DNA from: Callorhinchus milii
Taxonomy: Eukaryota
Direction of reading: 5' to 3'
DNA length: 64,000 nucleotides
Assembly: GCF_018977255.1 (NCBI RefSeq)
Contig: NW_024704747.1
Span: 27,032,001-27,096,000 of the forward strand
Below the pieces are notes generated by a model, which saw nothing but the letters and a program-made list of their open reading frames with translations, did not search any database and was not told where the DNA came from. This document shows positions 57,020-64,000 of this stretch, in pieces (the first letter of the stretch is position 1; each line of letters opens with the position of its first letter). The position numbers and the translations under genes are program-made.

Positions 57020-58620
57020 TTAGGCGTACGGAAAATTCGCTCGGCGGTACGCTCCGCGGAGCGCTTTGGGACGCCTCGAAGCCGCGGTGCGGCGCCGTCT
57101 CGAAGACGCGAGGGTTACGGTCATCATCGTCGCGTTATCTTATTAATATTATTATTACAAACGACAATAACATCGCATCAATAACCGCTCTCAGCCAAAG
57201 CGTAACCCTTGAAAGAGTGGCCTGAGCCCAATCCTTCAGTCACTTCAATAACAACGAAGTCTAATATAATAATATAAAAAATAGCCCTAACCCTCACCCC
57301 CCCACACCCCACCCCACCCCCACCGGCAATTCCTGCTGTAACGACCGGACCACTCGCTGCAAAGTGCAATGTCGGTTTAAAAACGAAGCCTTCAGCTGTG
57401 GAGGAGGTGACTCACTGAAGGCAGAGAGGAGCCGAGCAGTCAGTCAGTCAGTCAGTCAGACGTGCCAACGGCTCCCGGGCTCGGGTCACGGCCTCAGCCT
57501 CCGAGAGGCGGAGAGAGAGCGGAGGAGGAAACACGGTGCTCGGGTGGGGAGAGAGAGAGAGAGAGTGGGGGGGAGTGTCGCTACCGACCGCCATCGGCTT
57601 CCCCGCCGCCCGACCGCTCGTTCAGTGCCGGAGAAGAACCGAGCGGAGCAACTTTTGACGGGGTCTCGCGTGGCCACAAACGCCGGTCGGGGCCGAGCGA
57701 GTGGGCGAGTGAGTGAGTGAGCGCTCTCTGCCCCACCCCCGAGCCCGGGTTCGGTTCAGTTGGGAGCGGGGACGGGACGGGACTTTTTACCCGAAATGCA
57801 CTGACGTCGCCGCCGCCGCCGCCGCTCGCGCTTAGCGCCATCTTTGGACGTCGGGAGCGGGAGCCGCAGCGCGAGCGGCGACAGGAGCGTGAAAGCCGCC
57901 TCTCAGCGCGTCGCGTCGCTTCGCTTTTCGCCGCAACCGGTCGGGTCGCGTCGGTCGGTCGGTCAACCGGTTAGTTTCTTCCTCCCGCCAAAATCCTCGT
58001 CGGGGTCCTGTTATTGCGTGTGTCCCCCCAAAAAAAAAAAATGGCTCCGTGTGTGTGATTTTACCTGAAACCCGCGGGCGGGAAGGCGGTGTAGGCCCGC
58101 GATCCGCGGCCTTGCGGTGCTGGGGCTGAGGTGCGCGCGCGCCGCGGGCTGCGCGAGCGGCGAGATGGCGCCTCCTGCGAACCCACCTAACCTGCTGGGG
58201 GGAGGGCGGGGCCAGCGGGGGGGGGGGGTGATGGGCAGCCGCCTGGACCAATCCAGACGCGGGAAAGGGGTGGTGACCGCGGGCGGGTGGTGCGTTTGCA
58301 CCAATCGGAGCGTCGGGCGCGGGAGTGAATGGGTCGAGAGTTTGGTGGCGGCGGTGGCGGCGGCGGCTCGAGCTCCGGCGCTCTGTGACTGAGGGGAACG
58401 TCGTTGGAGGAGGAGGAAGAGGAGGAAGAAGGGGGAGAGGAGGGCGGAAAAAAAAAGGGAAAGCGGGAGAGGGTTTAGAGAGCGCCTCAGGCCGAGGCCT
58501 ACACGCGGCCCTGATGCCTTCGCGAGCAGCGTAGGCCCTGTGGTTTGTTCCCTCGTCAACCGCCCGCCCGCGCGTTACCGCCTCTTTGGGACACACGGCA
58601 TTCGGGCGACATGTGAGTTT
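57020..58620. promoter_or_regulatory. CpG island and bidirectional promoter shared by FASTKD1 (-) and PPIG (+)
   Basis: GC/CpG-rich; outward-facing splice donors at 57410-57415 (minus) and 57970-57975 (plus); CRE-like TGACGTCG at 57802-57809; YY1-like CGCCATCTT at 57836-57844. Confidence 0.8.
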
Positions 58621-58698
58621 GTGGCGGGGAGGGTTTTTTTTTGGAGGGCTGTGGGGGGAGGGCTGGGGGGCTATGTGGGGAGGGGAGCGTTGGGGCCT

Positions 58699-59527
58699 GT
58701 GAGGGGAGGGTTGGGGGGGCTTGTGAGGGGAGGGTTGGGGGGCTTGTGAGGGGAGGGTTGGGGGGGCTTGTGAGGGGAGGGTTGGGGGGCTTGTGAGGGG
58801 AGGGTTGGGGGGGCTTGTGAGGGGAGGGTTGGGGGGGCTTGTGAGGGGAGGGTTGGGGGGGCTTGTGAGGGGAGGGTTGGGGGGGCTTGTGAGGGGAGGG
58901 TTGGGGGGGCTTGTGAGGGGAGGGTTGGGGGGCTTGTGAGGGGAGGGTTGGGGGGGCTTGTGAGGGGAGGGTTGGGGGGGCTTGTGAGGGGAGGGTTGGG
59001 GGGGCTTGTGAGGGGAGGGTTGGGGGGCTTGTGAGGGGAGGGTTGGGGGGGCTTGTGAGGGGAGGGTTGGGGGGGCTTGTGAGGGGAGGGTTGGGGGGGC
59101 TTGTGAGGGGAGGGTTGGGGGGGCTGTGTGGGGAGGGTTGGGGGGCTTGTGTGGGGAGGGTTGGGGGGGCTTGTGTGGGGAGGGTTGGGGGGGCTTGTGA
59201 GGGGAGGGTTGGGGGGGCTTGTGAGGGGAGGGTTGGGGGGGCTTGTGAGGGGAGGGTTGGGGGGCTTGTGAGGGGAGGGTTGGGGGGGCTTGTGAGGGGA
59301 GGGTTGGGGGGGCTTGTGAGGGGAGGGTTGGGGGGGCTTGTGAGGGGAGGGTTGGGGGGCTTGTGAGGGGAGGGTTGGGGGGGCTTGTGAGGGGAGGGTT
59401 GGGGGGGCTTGTGAGGGGAGGGTTGGGGGGGCTTGTGAGGGGAGGGTTGGGGGGCTTGTGAGGGGAGGGTTGGGGGGGCTTGTGAGGGGAGGGTTGGGGG
59501 GCTTGTGAGGGGAGGGTTGGGGGGGCT
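58699..59527 (+). repeat. G-rich minisatellite, 23-24 bp unit GTGAGGGGAGGGTTGGGGGG(G)CTT, about 35 copies
   Basis: Tandem array seen directly; degenerate units at both flanks. Confidence 0.97.
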
Positions 59528-61252
59528 GGGTGGGGGGGAGGGGTGGGGGGCTGTGGGGGAATTCATTTCAGTAGAGAGTAGAATTCTGCTGTTTCAAATT
59601 TTAGGGTCTTTTACATTAGCTGAGTAGATTTAAGGAAGATTGTGGGAAATAATAAAACACTGTAGCTCTAAAATAATTAGTTATGACTGATATAGTGTGC
59701 TGGTGATGTCAAAGTAATGGGGGTTTTAATTGTGCTGATTTTGCAGTTTGTAAACTAAATTAAAAGGTCCCAAATTAAAAATCTGTTCAGAGGGAGAACA
59801 GATAGTGGCAATTCATGTACTGTTAAATGTTACATATCCAGCACATAAATAATCTACAGAAATTTTGTGGCTAATCAATATATTATCAGGCAGGTGAATT
59901 TCTCTGGCAAATCTATTAGGGCAAGTATGTTTCATGGGTATTCACCTGTCCATTTTCCCTCTGTGAAGTAAACATTGGTATCCATAGATCGATCTATCTA
60001 TTAAGAATAGTTGGCCCATCACCCAAATTGTTTGAAGAACAATTTTTTTTGCTTCAGTCTTTTTAGATATCTGAGACATTCAGAAACCACATTTAGCCTT
60101 GCTTTATGTAACAAATAACTGATGCACGAACGTGTGTCTGTGTATAGGTTCAACTAGCTTTTATATAGTGCCCCTCACAAGAGGAGCATCTCAGAGGATA
60201 GCATAACAAATCTTGGGTGATTTTGTTTGTCATCGATTCAGCATTGCTCGGCTCATTTTTCACCTTTACGATCACTACACTTCACGGTAATTCCTGTGAA
60301 GCACTTTGAAATGTACTCTTGACATTAAGGCACAACATAAAATAGAAGGATTATTTTATTTATAGCTCCAAATGCACAGGTAGCTAATTTTTTTCTGTAG
60401 GATGGATTTAAAGTTCTTCCAATGTTGCTCTTAGGCCTATTTAGTGTATTGCTGCCAGTAAAATATTGGAAAAGCTGTACTTAAAAGCCTTTCTTGTGTG
60501 ATTACTGAACACTTAAATTCATCACTTCAGAGTACACTATCACTGAGAGCCCATTATTGCCATTGTTCTTCCTAAGTGTTGGGTAATTCAAAACGCTGTC
60601 ACTAAACAAGTAAAATCGGAGAAATTCTATAATTGTACCCCAAAGAGTACATTTTGCTTTTCATGGTTGAAGTCGACAAAGTGAGAACATTTTACAGAAA
60701 GTGACATCAGCAACACCTACCAATAGTTTTGAGGATTCTTATGATTTAGTGTTTTAATTCAGTTGAGACTATAGAATTTATTTGATAGGTGTGAGTTTTG
60801 TAACCCTTCTTATTGAATGAAACGCATTGCTTCCAAAATGGAAACAATGGAGCAAGTCATTGAAGTTCCAGAGCGACATCCACCTCTTTTTCCTTCACAT
60901 CACAACCTTTTTCTGATGTATACCGTTTTAGGTTTAGCTTAAACTGAATTACTAAGAAACGTTTTAAAAAGCGTAGACTATTCTGTTGGAAAGATATTTT
61001 GATTTTCATGTTCCACTGTTCAAAAATCTAGATGGGCTAAAATGTCAAATCTGTAGCAAGCTTTATTAGCTTGATGTTGACCTAGATTTACTGCAATGCA
61101 GTATTTGTTTGGGATTATATTGACATTTCATCTATCTGTATTACAATTTGTTTGTTGCATTGACAGTAAAATAGATAGCTAACACTTCAACCCTTCATCC
61201 TTATGAACTGTTTGATAATAGGAAGCCAAGGGAAGTTTTCAAACATTGTAAT

Positions 61253-61610
61253 CTTAGCACAGTTGGTAGCAGACTCGCTTTTTGTTCTGAAAGTTCAAAC
61301 CTGATCTCAAGAACTCTATCTATTGAGTTCATAGTCTAGGTTGACAATACAATATAATATTAGGAGAGTGCTACATTGGCAAAGGTGCTGTTTTTCAAGT
61401 GAAGGGTTAAAATTAAGCTCCTGTCTGTTAAAATTATGTAATGATATTCAGAAACTGTGGTGAGTTTCTCTCGGTCCTGGTCCACAGTCCTCCACATAAA
61501 ATTGGTAATTCACTTCATAGCTGGTCGTTGGACTTTGCTCTGTGTGTTTGCCTAAAAATACACAAGTGACTACATTTGAAAGCAACTACCTGTGAAATGC
61601 GTTCTGATGT
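61253..61610 (+). mobile_element. Old, degraded tRNA-headed SINE with a Deu-domain-like core
   Basis: Head ttagcacagttggtagc; core gagtgctacattggcaaaggtgctgtttttc...ttaaa...ctcctgtctg similar to the DeuSINE conserved domain as I recall it; tail gtgactacatttg...tgtgaaatgcgtt. Confidence 0.55.
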
Positions 61611-61880
61611 TTGTGTTACTTGTTCTGATTCAAAAAAAGTTTTTTTTGAGGAGGGAGTCTTAATTTAATTAATGCAGTAATGCATTTCATGGTTCCCAAA
61701 GAGTTGCTCACTCCAGTGAATTTCTGTCCAAGTGTCTTTCTATTTGATCTTTTCAGTTGAGAAGAATTTTGTTTGAAATAAAGTACATCTGTAGTGTTAT
61801 CCAGTTTTGTTAGTCTTGCTGATATAATAATATATGGAGTTCGTTGGGTGTCTAAAATAAAATACCAGAAATATTATGTT

Positions 61881-62199
61881 ATAATAATAATAATCCTTGC
61901 ATTTGATATAGCGCTTTTCACGTCGGGAGGACGTCCCAAAGCGCTTCACAGAACACACTGTAAAGTGAATTGACTGTTTATTTATGGGCGAACGCGGCAG
62001 CCAATTGCGCACAGCAATGTCCCACAGTCGTGGATTGAAAATGACCAATTTATTATTGTTTTTTTTGGTTTTGGAGGGATTATTATTAGGCTCTGTGTGG
62101 AGTAAGGAAACTTGCCCAAGGTTTTGCCCTCTGCCTGTGATTGAACTCAGGTCTCTCACTTGCAAAGAGAGTGCTCTAACCACTGAGCTACAGGACTCC
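61881..62199 (-). mobile_element. Full-length tRNA-derived SINE (young family)
   Basis: Near-identical to 7404-7736 and to the reverse complement of 56681-57014. Confidence 0.9.
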
Positions 62200-62738
62200 A
62201 TGTTGAGGCAAATCCTAATTTCTTATATTCATAGTGTTCCTCACTGATGCTAGTTCCATTTGCCAGCATGCCGTCCAAGAACAGATCCCAGCTGCGCCAA
62301 AGCTGGATTTTATATCAAGTGGAAATTCCAGACTGGGAATTGATTGTTAGCACAGGGGGCTCGGCTACGCTGATTTCTCACATGACCTGGAGAAAAGGAT
62401 TTTCATCTTTTAATTTGCTTGCACGTGGCTTGTTAGATATCTAAGGACACTTTTCTATAACCTGGAAAAATACAATGGGCCTCAGACTTCTCGGTGTCAC
62501 TGTAGACTCTTGACCAAATGTAATATTGTGCTGTTTTGCCAATTCTACCTATTTTTTGTAACTCAGTTCAAACCATAAAATAATGTTTGTCGATATGAGA
62601 TCTTGTGAAATGTGTAGGTTCATGAAAGAGTGACCTTGTTGATAAGATTACTGCGTGAAGAAATGCTTTGTGCTGGATACTTTTATGAAAGAATTGCATT
62701 TGATTTTTTTTTGCAGCAACTCCCAACGTGTGGAAAGC

Positions 62739-63964
62739 ATGTGGGTGAAGGCACAGCGTCCTCGGTGTTTCTTTGATATAACTGTCAACAATGTGAACGG
62801 TAAGAGCGAAACTGTTACACAACTTCTGTTACTTGTGCGAATATTGCGGCTTTCACGACATGGAAGTGACCGTGGCAGTAGTTTAACCTTTGTTGAATTT
62901 TTGTTATTGTACAATGCTAATGTGCATTTCACTGACTACATTCTTTAAGAATAATCATTTGATAGCGTTGGAACATTGTTGCAAGTTCAGTTTGTATGGT
63001 TTGTTAGATTTGAGAATATCTACTGGAAATGTTTGATGTTTTCAAAACCAAAGAATGCAGTTAAAATGGTGGGGGGAGGGGGGAGCACTAAATATTTATG
63101 TCATTGTTTGGAGGAGGTGTGTTTGCATACTTACCAAGCTAAAGAAATTAAATGATAGAGAAAAATCCACTTATGACTTCAGTGTTTGTCTGGTGAGAGA
63201 AAATGTTATGCAATTTTATTGAGGTGAGTATAATTTTGGTTATTGCAGTTAAACTTGACACGCTATATTAGTTTGTGTAGCAAATATGTCAAGTGAATTT
63301 TCAAGACTGAACTGCTGCTCATTTTCTCTTCACAGTGGGAAGAGTTGTCTTTGAATTGTTTTCAGATGTGTGTCCAAAGACCTGTGAAAACTTCCGCTGT
63401 CTCTGCACAGGTTAGTCACAGCATTGATCTTTATTAATACTGAAAGTGTCTTTATTTGTGATTTTAATTATATTAAACTTATTCTACATAATGCTAAGTG
63501 GATTTCACTCTATAAATCCACAATTGGGTATTGCTGTTTTGACCTTTGAAACTATTGGATGCCCTCTATTATTTGTTATTCGTAGAAGTTTGACTCAATG
63601 ATAACACTTTTGTATTGGGTCAGAAGGTTTTGTTTTGAGCCATTTTGTGAGTGTAAAATACTGTGTCAAAATGCAAGCATTATACTGTATAGGTTATGGG
63701 GATTTGATGCAAAACTGTTCTTTCTAACTGTATTATGAAGCTTTATTAATTGAACATGCAATTTAACTTGGTGGATATAGATTTAATATTCAAGTTCGAA
63801 CTAGAAGCAATGCACTATTGGCAATCTACCTACATGTTTCATTGGTTTCTTGACAGGTGAAAAGGGAGGAGGCAAATGTACCCAAAAACCTTTGCATTAT
63901 AAAGGTTGTCTGTTTCACAGAGTTGTGAAGGATTTTATGATCCAAGGAGGTGACTTCAGTGAAG
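62739..63964 (+). CDS. PPIG: Peptidyl-prolyl cis-trans isomerase G (SR-cyclophilin), first three coding exons; continues beyond the window
   Basis: Exons 62739-62799, 63336-63410, 63857-63964: [81 protein letters not shown]; head-to-head with FASTKD1. Confidence 0.93.
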
Positions 63965-64000
63965 GTATGCAGAACAGTAGTTTGTTTTTGTAATGTGGAT

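Noticed and set aside
57364-58596. Many overlapping ORFs of 60-254 aa (likewise 13043-14162 and its copies)
   Set aside because: Expected from stop-codon scarcity in CpG islands; no recognisable domains.
58699-59527. Possible CRISPR-like array
   Set aside because: Head-to-tail units without unique spacers, vertebrate context, no cas genes.
58556-59566. 336-aa Pro/Ser/Thr repeat ORF resembling an extensin or mucin
   Set aside because: Translation of the minisatellite; unit length varies between 23 and 24 bp, so frame is not conserved.
62742-62744. PPIG residue 2 is Trp where I recall Gly in human
   Set aside because: A single-base difference in a variable N-terminus within an error-prone assembly; not interpretable without reads.

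Overview
Vertebrate genomic DNA with spliced genes and very compact introns; the repeat content suggests a cartilaginous fish, possibly a chimaera (inference). Gene order: 3' part of a collagen XXVIII gene (Gly-X-Y exons, VWA, Kunitz; probably the col28a2 branch) (+), BBS5 (+), KLHL41 (+), FASTKD1 (-) and the 5' part of PPIG (+). BBS5-KLHL41-FASTKD1-PPIG is the conserved block seen at human 2q31.1. The dominant anomaly is a ~9.4-kb segment (all of BBS5 plus part of KLHL41 exon 1) present three times as forward/inverted/forward copies, with a microhomology fold-back at ~21785 and a 30-N gap at 31174-31203. Each BBS5 copy has a different 1-bp frameshift, so an assembly or library artefact is more likely than a real triplication. 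The most interesting probably-real signal is that old SINE/LINE tails inside both CpG-island promoters have changed almost only AT->GC, which suggests GC-biased gene conversion at promoter recombination hotspots. I found no convincing new multi-gene system. Coordinates were read by hand and may be off by a few bases.
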